Under the pieces are notes generated by a model, which searched no databases, was not told the origin of the DNA, and saw only the letters and a list, made by a program, of their open reading frames with translations. A stretch of DNA of 64,000 nucleotides from contig JAFCDZ010000002.1 in assembly GCA_017609405.1 (NCBI GenBank), positions 22,593 through 86,592 of the forward strand. The letters run 5' to 3'. How positions within the stretch are numbered: position 1 is the first letter of the stretch; each line of letters opens with the position of its first letter. Made by a program: the position numbers and the translations under genes. Shown here piece by piece: positions 21,004-29,560 of the stretch. This stretch comes from Candidatus Pacearchaeota archaeon (lineage in GTDB: Archaea; Nanobdellota; Nanobdellia; Pacearchaeales; GW2011-AR1).

Positions 21004-21183
21004 ATGGACGAAGAAGAAACTCAACAAGAGGCTTCTGAAGAAGCAAACGAAGAAGCAACTGAGGCTGAAGAATCTCAGGAAGAAGCTTCTGAAGAAGCAA
21101 ACGAAGAAGCAACTGAGGCTGAAGAAGCTGAAGATGCTACAGAAGATGAATCTGATGCTGGAGAAGCAGAAGATTCAGAATAA
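21004..21183 (+). CDS. small, extremely acidic repeat protein
   Basis: The ATG at 21004 gives MDEEETQQEASEEANEEATEAEE... An internal 42-nt direct repeat is spaced 54 nt apart. The protein consists almost entirely of E/D/A/S/T. Confidence 0.4.
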   Translation: MDEEETQQEASEEANEEATEAEESQEEASEEANEEATEAEEAEDATEDESDAGEAEDSE

Positions 21184-21257
21184 ATAAGAAGATTTTTCTT
21201 CTTTTTCTTTTTTTATTTTTAAAAAAAGTTTATATAATATCTTTGTTAATTTTAATT

Positions 21258-22178
21258 ATGAACTATAAATCAATTTTAAAATCCCTTCTTGTATTAATTA
21301 TTATATCTTTTCTAATAGTTTATTGGATACTTCCATACCAAACCATTAAAAATAGAGTTCTTATAAAAGAAAACGAGAGAAATTATTATAATAATTCAAA
21401 TTTTAATCCTCAAAACAATTCCATGCAATTTTATCCAAATATGAGGTTTCCTAAGAGGATAATTTCCTATAAGATATCTTCTGCATGCTCAATACAAAAA
21501 AGAGAAGATATGATGAGGGCATTTGAGATTCTTTCAAGAAAAACTGTTCTTAGTTTTTTTCCTGTTAGCGAAAACGAAGAAATATCTATTTTTTGTGGGG
21601 AAAAAGATAAAAAAATTGGAGAAGGGCGATTTATTGCTGGTGAAGGTGGGCCTACAAATATAACTGTCTCTGGGAAATATAATGTAATAACTCATGGAAA
21701 TATACTTCTAATTCGTGAATCTAAATGCCCTCTTCCAACAGTTGCAATTCATGAACTTCTTCATGTTCTTGGATTCAAACATTCAAACAATTCAAAAAAT
21801 ATAATGTATCCAATAACAAACTGCGACCAAGAAATTGGCGAAGATGTTATTAATGAGATTAATAGGCTTTATAATGAGACAGGTTATCCAGATTTGTCTA
21901 TCTCAAAAGCAGAAGCAAGGATTAAAGATGGTTTCTTGTATCTTAATATTTTGGTACAAAACATAGGTCTTGAAGATGCTCCAACTTCAAAATTGATTGT
22001 CTATGTGAATGGAAGAAAATTAAATGAATTTAATTTATCTGATATTAAAATTGGCGTTAGCAAGGAGATTCGTCTAAGGAGCAGCAGGTTATATACAGAT
22101 ATTGATGAGATTGAAATAAAGATAGAAACACCTATAAAAGAGCTCAATAAAAGCAATAATGAAATGCTCTTGAAATAA
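21258..22178 (+). CDS. membrane-anchored metzincin-type zinc metalloprotease
   Basis: HELLHVLGFKH matches HExxHxxGxxH. There is an N-terminal TM helix and a C-terminal beta-rich, CARDB-like segment. Confidence 0.7.
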   Translation: MNYKSILKSLLVLIIISFLIVYWILPYQTIKNRVLIKENERNYYNNSNFNPQNNSMQFYPNMRFPKRIISYKISSACSIQKREDMMRAFEILSRKTVLSFFPVSENEEISIFCGEKDKKIGEGRFIAGEGGPTNITVSGKYNVITHGNILLIRESKCPLPTVAIHELLHVLGFKHSNNSKNIMYPITNCDQEIGEDVINEINRLYNETGYPDLSISKAEARIKDGFLYLNILVQNIGLEDAPTSKLIVYVNGRKLNEFNLSDIKIGVSKEIRLRSSRLYTDIDEIEIKIETPIKELNKSNNEMLLK

Positions 22179-22379
22179 TTAAAATTCTTCTAAAAGGTCT
22201 AATGCTTCATCAAGGGAATCCTCTTCTTCTCTTTCTTCGTCTTCTTCCATTTGATAGGCCCTCTTTTTAAATATCTTTATGATTCTCTTTTTAAACTTTT
22301 TGCTTCTTTTTTTATTTTATTTCATTTTAATAATCTTTTTAAATATGCTCAATTTTATTCTCTAACTGCGTCTATTAAA

Positions 22380-22736
22380 ATGGCAAAAGAAAATACTAAA
22401 GTCTCTCTTGATTATTGGTGGAAGAACAGAAACAATCCTGAAATGCACCCCTTTAGGGTGTTGGAGGAGTTTTTGGTTGATGTAAATAGCATTAAGGTTT
22501 TTGTGAATGGTGATGAAATTGGTGAAAGATTCTCAGTAAACAGGACAAATAAATTACGAAAAGCAGTAAGAAGGAGTTTTAGGAAAGCCCTTCCAGGTAT
22601 TAAGATATTTCCTGTTCTTGAAGAGGATGGTGTTCTCTATTACAGGTTAAAAATAAATAGTAGGAGAATTAGAAGGGAATACACTCGCCCAGAACAAGAA
22701 CTAATCTTTGGAATATATGAGAGATTTGGAATCTAA
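22380..22736 (+). CDS. hypothetical basic protein
   Basis: The ATG at 22380 (MAKENTK...) is preferred over the track start, because the upstream part translates AT-rich promoter-like sequence. Confidence 0.45.
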   Translation: MAKENTKVSLDYWWKNRNNPEMHPFRVLEEFLVDVNSIKVFVNGDEIGERFSVNRTNKLRKAVRRSFRKALPGIKIFPVLEEDGVLYYRLKINSRRIRREYTRPEQELIFGIYERFGI

Positions 22737-22816
22737 TTACTTTTTATTTACTAACCCTTATAGAGCAGGATGCAAAAAACAAAGTTTTTTAAAGGGATAT
22801 TTATATCTTTTTTAAA

Positions 22817-23125
22817 ATGTCAAAAGTAAGGATAAAATTAAATAGCATTGATATTGATGCTTTGAATGAAGTTTGTAATTATATAAAGGAAATTGCAAAA
22901 AAGGCAGGAGTAAATATAAGTGGGCCAGTTCCACTTCCAACAAAAAAACTAAAAGTAACAACGAGAAAAAGCCCTTGTGGGGATGGAACTGCTACTTTTG
23001 ATAGATTTGAAATGAGAATTCATAAGAGGTTAATTGATATTCCAGCAAATGAAAGAGTTCTTCATGCAATAATGAAATTGCAGATTCCCAAAAGCGTTAA
23101 TATAAAAATAGAGATGAAGGATTAA
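22817..23125 (+). CDS. rps10: 30S ribosomal protein S10 (uS10)
   Basis: 102 aa with [36 protein letters not shown]. Confidence 0.95.
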   Translation: MSKVRIKLNSIDIDALNEVCNYIKEIAKKAGVNISGPVPLPTKKLKVTTRKSPCGDGTATFDRFEMRIHKRLIDIPANERVLHAIMKLQIPKSVNIKIEMKD

Positions 23126-23188
23126 TTTAGTTTTTTAAGGACTTTTTGTCAAAGATAGTTTTTTATAATCTCTTTTGATAGAATTATA

Positions 23189-24058
23189 ATGGAAAAAGAG
23201 GTTGAAAAAGAATCAAAGCAAGAGCAGCTTCATAAGATACTTTTTGGAAGAGAGATAAGTTGGCAAGAAATAATTTATGATTTAATCAATTCAGAACAGC
23301 TTGACCCTTGGGATATTGATATTATTAAACTTAGCGATGCTTTTTTGGAGAGAATTAGAAAAATGGAAGAAGCAGATTTCTTTATCTCAAGCAAAGTCCT
23401 TCTTGCTGCTGCACTGTTGTTGAGGATAAAATCTGAGATAATATTGAATAATTATCTAAAGAGCATTGACGAAATCTTATTTGGAAAAAAAGAGGAGCAA
23501 AAAAAGCAATTAGAAAGGATTGAACTTGATGAGGATATACCCCTACTAATTCCAAAAACCCCCCTTCCAAGATTAAAGAAAGTAACTCTTGAAGAATTGA
23601 TGGAATCTTTAAATAAAGCAATAAAAACAGAAACAAGGAGGATTAAGAGGGTTATTCTCGATAAAAACGCATTAAGGGAAACTTCAATAACTCTTCCAAA
23701 AAAAACAAAAAGTATAAAGAATCTTGTTGTAGAGCTTTATCATAAGATAAGAAATCTTTTGGCAGATAGAAAAAAAATAACATATTCTAAATTAGTCGGA
23801 GAAGATAGGGAAGAGAGAATTATGTCTCTTTTACCCCTGATAAATTTAGAAGTACAGGAGAAAATCTGGCTTGAACAGGAATCAAGTTTTGAAGAAATCT
23901 ATGTATGGTTGAGGGAAATTTATTTTAAGCATAATCCAGATCCTTTTGCAGAACTTAGGGAAGAAATCGAAGAAGAGATAGACAAACTATCAAAAGAGGA
24001 TAAAACATTTAGAAAAAGAAAAGAAAAAATAGAAAAAGAGTTTAAAGAAATCATTTAA
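23189..24058 (+). CDS. scpA: segregation and condensation protein A (kleisin)
   Basis: N-terminal DPWDIDIIKLSDAFLERI...FISSKVLLAAALLLRIKSE pattern typical of ScpA. Confidence 0.75.
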   Translation: MEKEVEKESKQEQLHKILFGREISWQEIIYDLINSEQLDPWDIDIIKLSDAFLERIRKMEEADFFISSKVLLAAALLLRIKSEIILNNYLKSIDEILFGKKEEQKKQLERIELDEDIPLLIPKTPLPRLKKVTLEELMESLNKAIKTETRRIKRVILDKNALRETSITLPKKTKSIKNLVVELYHKIRNLLADRKKITYSKLVGEDREERIMSLLPLINLEVQEKIWLEQESSFEEIYVWLREIYFKHNPDPFAELREEIEEEIDKLSKEDKTFRKRKEKIEKEFKEII

Positions 24059-24119
24059 TCTTTTTAGAAGTGTTCGAACATAAGCTTTAAAAAGCAATTT
24101 TTTCTATATTCAATATAAA

Positions 24120-24698
24120 ATGTTCTATGTAACAGAGATTGAGGAGCATGTAAGAGTTAAGCCAGAGTTGTTTGGATTACCTACACTCGAGGCAGTTGAA
24201 AAACAATTAGAGGAAAGTTTCAAAGATTATTATAGTCAAGAGGTTGGAAAGGTCTTATCTATTTTGGAAGTCCTTGATGTTGGAGAAGGAACTATTATTC
24301 CTGGAGATGGTGCAGCATATTATAAAACAAAATTCAAAGTTCTTGCATGGAAACCTGAATTACAGGAATTAGTTTATGGAATTGTTGAAGAAATAACCTC
24401 TTTTGGAGCTTTCATTAATCTTGGAGCATTAGTAGGTATGATTCACATATCACAAACAATGGAAGATTATGTTAGTTTTAGTAAATCAAATGCCCTAATT
24501 GGAAAAGATACCAAGAGAACTCTAAAAAAAGGTGATTTATGCTTAGCAAGAATTGTCGCTATAAGTCACAAGGGTAAAGAGGTAAAAATAGGATTAACTA
24601 TGAGACAACCAGGGCTTGGAAAATTAGAGTGGATAAAAGAGGATAAAATTAAAAAAGAAAAAGCAAAATCAAAAAAAGCAGGAGAGGCTAAAAAATGA
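24120..24698 (+). CDS. rpoE1: RNA polymerase subunit E' (Rpo7)
   Basis: Rpb7-like N-terminal domain plus an S1 domain (GIVEEITSFGAFINLG). It sits in the conserved cluster with spt4, rps24e and rps27ae. Confidence 0.9.
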   Translation: MFYVTEIEEHVRVKPELFGLPTLEAVEKQLEESFKDYYSQEVGKVLSILEVLDVGEGTIIPGDGAAYYKTKFKVLAWKPELQELVYGIVEEITSFGAFINLGALVGMIHISQTMEDYVSFSKSNALIGKDTKRTLKKGDLCLARIVAISHKGKEVKIGLTMRQPGLGKLEWIKEDKIKKEKAKSKKAGEAKK

Positions 24699-24880
24699 AA
24701 AAACTAAAAGCATGCAAAAACTGTGGAATAATTCATGATAAGGAAAAATGTCCTAAATGCGGTTCTAAAGAATCTACAGATTCTTTTAGAGGAAGAATAA
24801 TAGTTTTTGATCCAGAAAAGTCAGAAATAGCTAAAAATCTTGGAATAAAAGATAAAGGAAACTTTGCAATAAAAACTTAA
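24695..24880 (+). CDS. spt4: transcription elongation factor Spt4 (RpoE'')
   Basis: 61 aa with the zinc ribbon CKNCG..CPKCGS and a 4-nt overlap with rpoE1. Confidence 0.88.
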   Translation: MKKLKACKNCGIIHDKEKCPKCGSKESTDSFRGRIIVFDPEKSEIAKNLGIKDKGNFAIKT

Positions 24881-24881
24881 A

Positions 24882-25262
24882 ATGGAATTTGAAATTATTC
24901 AAGAATTTAAGAATCCTTTGTTGAAAAGAACAGAATATTTAATTAGATTTGAGTCTGATGGAATTCCAAAAAAAGAAGATGTTTTAAAGAACTTTTGCGA
25001 TAAAACCTCAAGCAATCATGATAATTCTGTTGTTAAAAAAGTTCTTGGGAAGTTCGGAACAAAAGAAGTTACTGCAGAAATTTTTGTTTATGAGGACTTA
25101 GAAATTAAGAAAAAATTAGAAATAGATAATAAAACAGGTGAAAGTCCTGCTGAAGCTGAGCAACAAGGAGCTCAGGAAGGAGCAGAAGCACAAAGCGAGC
25201 AAGGTGAAGCAAAAGAAAATTCAGATGCTCAAGAAAAATCTGGAGAAGAGGTAAAAGAATAA
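24882..25262 (+). CDS. rps24e: 30S ribosomal protein S24e with an acidic C-terminal extension
   Basis: NPLLKRTEY...[17 protein letters not shown] pattern and cluster context. Confidence 0.88.
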   Translation: MEFEIIQEFKNPLLKRTEYLIRFESDGIPKKEDVLKNFCDKTSSNHDNSVVKKVLGKFGTKEVTAEIFVYEDLEIKKKLEIDNKTGESPAEAEQQGAQEGAEAQSEQGEAKENSDAQEKSGEEVKE

Positions 25263-25263
25263 A

Positions 25264-25476
25264 ATGGGTGTAAAAAAATCTGTTAAAAAAGGAAAAAAGC
25301 CACATAAAAATAACAAACCTAGTCAGAGATATAAAAAATACACCCTTGAAGATGGGAAACTAAAAAGAGCTCCTACATGCCCAAGATGTGGACCTGGAAT
25401 CTTTCTTATGGTAGCAAAAGACAGGGTTTATTGTGGAAAATGCCATTATACAGAATTCACACAAAATAATAATTAA
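25264..25476 (+). CDS. rps27ae: 30S ribosomal protein S27ae
   Basis: Basic N-terminus and the zinc ribbon CPRCG..CGKC. Confidence 0.88.
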   Translation: MGVKKSVKKGKKPHKNNKPSQRYKKYTLEDGKLKRAPTCPRCGPGIFLMVAKDRVYCGKCHYTEFTQNNN

Positions 25477-25495
25477 TTCTATTAAATTTCCAAAA

Positions 25496-25555
25496 CCCTG
25501 GAAGCGGTTTCAAGTCCAAATCAAAAAAGAGATGGCTTGAAACCGTCTTCTGGGG
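25496..25555 (+). other. long imperfect hairpin immediately downstream of rps27ae (candidate structured RNA or terminator element)
   Basis: ccctggaagcggtttcaag pairs with cttgaaaccg-t-cttctgggg. That is about 19 bp with one bulge and two G-U pairs that exist only in the + strand transcript, around a 21-nt A-rich loop. Confidence 0.4.
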
Positions 25556-25747
25556 AAAAAGAGGTGATAATAATACTATGTGTTAAGGGTATTTAAATCT
25601 TTCGCTTTTGTTACTCTTATCTAATGACACCATAATTTTAGTTTTAAGTAGTAACTTTTTTGAATCACTTAAAAGTAAGCCTATTGAAATCTGATAATTT
25701 CTAAGTAGTAAACAAATTCTTAAAAGTATTTCTGTACTTAATCATTC

Positions 25748-27472
25748 ATGAAAGAAGAGCTAATTCAATTTATACAAGAGAATAATCTATCTCCTTTTAA
25801 TGAAAAGAGAGTCTTTTTAGAAGGAAATATAACCTTTTATAGAACAAGAAATGCTAAACAAGTACATAGAAGAGTAATATCTAAGTTATCTGAAGGGTTT
25901 GTTTTTCCAGACACAAGCAATCTATTTGATTTTTTTAAGTTTTCAACTTCTTCAGAAGAAATAAAGAAAAGACAAGATTTTTTTAAGAGAATAAAAGATT
26001 TTGGGGTAATTAATAATAGTTTTTTAAAAGAACTTAAAAAACCTCTTAAAACTTGGACTCCTGAATATAGTATAATTGTTGTAACTGAAAATTATGAGGT
26101 TTTTGAGAAACTAAGACAAAATAATTGTCCTGTCCAGATGATTGTTTCGGAGTCAGATATTTATCCTCTAAAAGATTATGATATTGTTCAGATTTTTGAT
26201 TGCCCAGAGCATCAATTTGCACTTGAGAATCTTCCAAATTCTGTATTAATAAACTCAATTGATGATGCTTATTTAGAAAGATATCTTGAAGAGCTTTCAG
26301 CTTGGAAGCAAAATCTTTTTGAATTAGCAGACAAAAATATTGGAAAAGAAGGAAAAGCTCTTGTTAAAGAATTAAATTCTTTGCTAAGCTTGCTTGAATA
26401 TAATGATTCTATATTAACTAAGGACTTTATTGAAAAAAAGGTGGAGGAAATAAATGAAAAAGTTTCTATGAAACTAAGAGAACTTACAATAAAAGGGGAA
26501 TCTCTTGTTCACATGATTGAGAAAGGGGAGCTTCCTGAGGAGCTCAAGAAAATTACAATGAATGCTATTAATGAAAGCTCTCTTCCAATTAATGTTCTTA
26601 ATATTGGTATTCCTGTAACAATTGATGAAATTGAACTTGATAAACTTATACAACAAGAAAGCTCAAGCAGCTTTATAAGAAAACAGGAGGAAATAAAGAA
26701 TCAAGCAGAAATCATCAAAAAAATACCTGAAAAACTATCAAGATTGTCATCACTTCTTCTCGTCTTTGATTTTATTTCTGGAATATCAAGATATTTAGTA
26801 GACAAGGAAAATTTTCCAGAAATTAAAGATTTCTTTGAAATAAACAATTCAAAAAACATCCTCTTAGAAGACCCTCAGCCAATTTCTTTCAGATTAATTG
26901 ACCACAGATGCTCTGTTTTAACTGGTGCAAATTCAGGGGGTAAAACAACATTATTAGAACATATTATCCAATTGTATTCTTTATTGCAGTTAGGGCTACC
27001 AGTATATGGAGAGTTTAATTCTCCTTTATTTGAGGATATTTATTATTTTGCTAAGAATAAAGGGAGTGCTACAAGAGGGGCTTTTGAAAATCTGTTGTCT
27101 CAACTATCAAGCATAAAACCAGGAAATAAGACTCTCATTCTTGCAGATGAAATCGAGGCTGTTACAGAACCTGGTGCAGCTGGAAAAATTATTTCTGCAA
27201 CTATTGAGTATTATGTGAAAAAGAATTGTTTTTTGATTATAGCAACACATCTTGGGCAAGAAATAAATGAAATGCTTCCTGAAAAAACACGGATTGACGG
27301 CATTGAAGCAAAAGGTCTCGATGACAACTTTGAATTAATTGTGGATCATAATCCAATTGAAAATCATCTTGCAAGCTCAACACCTGAATTAATTATTGAA
27401 AAGATGGCACGAAAAAAATATAATGATTATCTTAATTTTGTCAATTCTTTCATAAAATCAAGAAATATATAG
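25748..27472 (+). CDS. MutS domain V ATPase (archaeal MutS2-like protein)
   Basis: Walker A LTGANSGGKTTLL, Walker B LILADEIEAVTEP and ATHL, preceded by a long helical N-terminal region. Confidence 0.75.
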   Translation: MKEELIQFIQENNLSPFNEKRVFLEGNITFYRTRNAKQVHRRVISKLSEGFVFPDTSNLFDFFKFSTSSEEIKKRQDFFKRIKDFGVINNSFLKELKKPLKTWTPEYSIIVVTENYEVFEKLRQNNCPVQMIVSESDIYPLKDYDIVQIFDCPEHQFALENLPNSVLINSIDDAYLERYLEELSAWKQNLFELADKNIGKEGKALVKELNSLLSLLEYNDSILTKDFIEKKVEEINEKVSMKLRELTIKGESLVHMIEKGELPEELKKITMNAINESSLPINVLNIGIPVTIDEIELDKLIQQESSSSFIRKQEEIKNQAEIIKKIPEKLSRLSSLLLVFDFISGISRYLVDKENFPEIKDFFEINNSKNILLEDPQPISFRLIDHRCSVLTGANSGGKTTLLEHIIQLYSLLQLGLPVYGEFNSPLFEDIYYFAKNKGSATRGAFENLLSQLSSIKPGNKTLILADEIEAVTEPGAAGKIISATIEYYVKKNCFLIIATHLGQEINEMLPEKTRIDGIEAKGLDDNFELIVDHNPIENHLASSTPELIIEKMARKKYNDYLNFVNSFIKSRNI

Positions 27473-27494
27473 ATAAGTGGCTTCTACTAACCCT

Positions 27495-27518
27495 ATAACA
27501 TGGCCTCGACGGGATTTG
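27495..27518 (-). repeat. 24-nt direct duplicate of the tRNA-Lys 3' end (T-loop 3' part, acceptor 3' strand and 6 nt of trailer)
   Basis: ataacatggcctcgacgggatttg is identical to 27708-27731. Confidence 0.9.
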
Positions 27519-27707
27519 GGCCTCACAGAGTTCGACCTGATACGCTTACTCACTTCGTTCGTAATCAAATTAGGCCTCATTCCTGAAAGGCATTCGACCT
27601 GCTTCGCCCAAGCGTGGTGAGCAGGCCTCACCAAAGCACTGAAGCTCGACCTAATTCGTCTACTCCTTTCAGTCGTAGCCAAATTAAACCCAAAGGGTTC
27701 AAATCTG
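27519..27707 (-). other. GC-rich 189-nt insert between tRNA-Lys and its duplicated 3' end
   Basis: Contains three units of the form ggcctca-N(6-20)-tcgacct. The end next to the tRNA holds an 11-nt inverted copy of the tRNA T-arm (gggttcaaatc). The distal ~55 nt is homologous to the insert at the tRNA-Ile locus. Confidence 0.7.
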
Positions 27708-27713
27708 ATAACA

Positions 27714-27787
27714 TGGCCTCGACGGGATTTGAACCCGCGACACCTAGCTTAAAAGGCTAGTGCTCTACCAGGCTGAGCTACGAGGCC
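27714..27787 (-). tRNA. tRNA-Lys (anticodon UUU)
   Basis: Hand-folded cloverleaf: GGCCTCG/TA/GCTC-AGCCTGGTA-GAGC/A/CTAGC-CTTTTAA-GCTAG/GTGTC/GCGGG-TTCAAAT-CCCGT/CGAGGCC/A. 74 nt with no encoded CCA. Confidence 0.92.
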
Positions 27788-27844
27788 TTATACCAGAATT
27801 CTCTAATTCTGGATGATAATAATCGTAAAAATCAATATTTAAAA

Positions 27845-28552
27845 TTATTGTTTTTTAAGAAATCCTTCTTTTTTTGCTAAATCAAAAATAATAATCATTA
27901 TTGACCACATTATTCCCACCATGAGGCCTCCAACTACATCGCTAAACCAATGAACTTGTAAATATAATCTACTAAAACTAACAAGTAAGATGAGTGCTGC
28001 TGATGAAGCAATTAAAATTCTCTTTTTATATTCATTTTTCACATAGGATAATGTATAATACAATAATAAAGTAAAGAATATTGATGTTATAATAGCATGA
28101 CCACTTGGAAAACTAAAACCTTCTTCAACTATGGTATTACTAAGAGGCCTTATTCTATGAAAATAATGCTTTAAGATTATCTCAATAATCGCCCCCCCAA
28201 GAATTCCTACTGAAAAACCTATTTTGCTCCATTGTTTTTTTACTATAAATAGAATTGAAATAAGAATAGATAATAATATAAGATTTATTGGTTCTGCAAT
28301 ATTTGTTATAATAATGAACACTTTGGTAAGAACAGGATTTACTATATCTGACAGATAATTATAAATTATTTTATCTACAACAAGAATTTTTTTAGAACTA
28401 ACTAATTGGCTTATTTCTGAAAAGAGCCAAAAGAGAAATATTTCAAGAGAGATTAATAGAGAAATCCTTCTATTTATTTTAAATTTTCTTGATAAGTATA
28501 AAATAGAAACTATTGCAGTTAATACAATAAATAATGAAATTGCTATTTCCAT
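27845..28552 (-). CDS. PAP2-family lipid phosphatase
   Basis: PAP2 motifs KHYFHRIRP, SFPSGHA and SRLYLQVHWFSDV, in a polytopic membrane protein. Confidence 0.85.
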   Translation of the reverse strand: MEIAISLFIVLTAIVSILYLSRKFKINRRISLLISLEIFLFWLFSEISQLVSSKKILVVDKIIYNYLSDIVNPVLTKVFIIITNIAEPINLILLSILISILFIVKKQWSKIGFSVGILGGAIIEIILKHYFHRIRPLSNTIVEEGFSFPSGHAIITSIFFTLLLYYTLSYVKNEYKKRILIASSAALILLVSFSRLYLQVHWFSDVVGGLMVGIMWSIMIIIFDLAKKEGFLKKQ

Positions 28553-28799
28553 AATATAATAATCTTTTTTTATATTAAAAAACTATTGATAGAATCTGTT
28601 AATTTTAAAGTAAAAAGTGTTGGTGGAAAGTTCCTATAGGAAAAATTCAACATTCTCTGTTTGGATTAAAAGTTTTTGATTGTGTTGAACAATGCTCAAA
28701 TAATTCTCTCATTAACCTTTATGTGATTTAAACTTAAGAAAATCTTCGTTAACATTTAAACATAAGAAGATTTTTAAATAATCATAGCCTAATTAAAAC

Positions 28800-29234
28800 A
28801 TGAAACAAAAAGAGGTTATTAAATATTTTTTCAAGGTCACTTCAAATCCTTTTGAATGGTTACTTCTTATTATTCTTCTATTGTTTTTATGTATTGGTTT
28901 TTGGACACATAATATTGCTACAATAATAATCTCTCTTTTTTTGATTTTCATTGAGAAATCAATAATACCAAGATTGAGAAGGTCTCCAAAATGGGCAAAA
29001 GATTTCAAAAAAGAAGAGGAAAAGATTGTCAATAAAGTATTTGATTTTTCACAAGAAACACCCTATCTTTTTATCGGAGGATTTATTTCATTCTTGTTTG
29101 TTTTAGCAAGTTGCTGGAGGAATAGTTTTCATGGAATAATCTTTTTTGGTTTTTTTCTTATTTTTTTCTTCATAATATCTCTTAAGAAAGCATTCCAAAA
29201 ACTAGCAGAGGATTTAGATCTCTCTCTGAGCTAA
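28800..29234 (+). CDS. hypothetical membrane protein
   Basis: 144 aa with four hydrophobic segments. The overlapping minus-strand ORF 28793-29032 is judged spurious. Confidence 0.5.
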   Translation: MKQKEVIKYFFKVTSNPFEWLLLIILLLFLCIGFWTHNIATIIISLFLIFIEKSIIPRLRRSPKWAKDFKKEEEKIVNKVFDFSQETPYLFIGGFISFLFVLASCWRNSFHGIIFFGFFLIFFFIISLKKAFQKLAEDLDLSLS

Positions 29235-29239
29235 AAAAA

Positions 29240-29311
29240 ACGCCCACGCCGGGAGTCGAACCCGGATTACGACCGCGACAGGGTCGTGTCATAGCCGCTA
29301 GACCACGTAGG
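29240..29311 (-). tRNA. tRNA-Asp (anticodon GUC)
   Basis: Hand-folded: GCCTACG..anticodon arm CGACC-CTGTCGC-GGTCG..T-arm CCGGG-TTCGACT-CCCGG..CGTGGGC-G. 72 nt. Confidence 0.9.
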
Positions 29312-29560
29312 CATTTTACAATCAGTAATAATTCTTACTCAAAAATATTTTTAAAGGTTTTGCTTTGGTCGGTTTTGTTGAAAAGTTTGTTTAATATAAA
29401 CTAATATGAGGTTAATAGACAATCATCATAAGAAGGGTTCAACAAGTGCTTTTAGTTTTTAGTAATGTCAAGCAAAACTTTCATTCTGAATCTTTCGTTT
29501 CTATACTATTATAATTCTTTTCAAACTTCTAATGATTAATTGTTTTTTAACTAAACAGAT

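Noticed and set aside
22179-22250. 23-aa acidic minus-strand ORF (MEEDEEREEEDSLDEALDLLEEF)
   Set aside because: It is very short and convergent with the protease gene end. It has no start context or neighbours to support it, and chance occurrence cannot be excluded.
27458-27682. 74-aa minus-strand ORF (MATTERSRRIRSS...) covering the GC-rich region next to tRNA-Lys
   Set aside because: It lies exactly on the repeat-structured, GC-rich tRNA-linked insert. It is Arg/Ser-rich as expected from translating GC-rich non-coding sequence, overlaps the MutS-like gene end, and has no start context. It is treated as non-coding.
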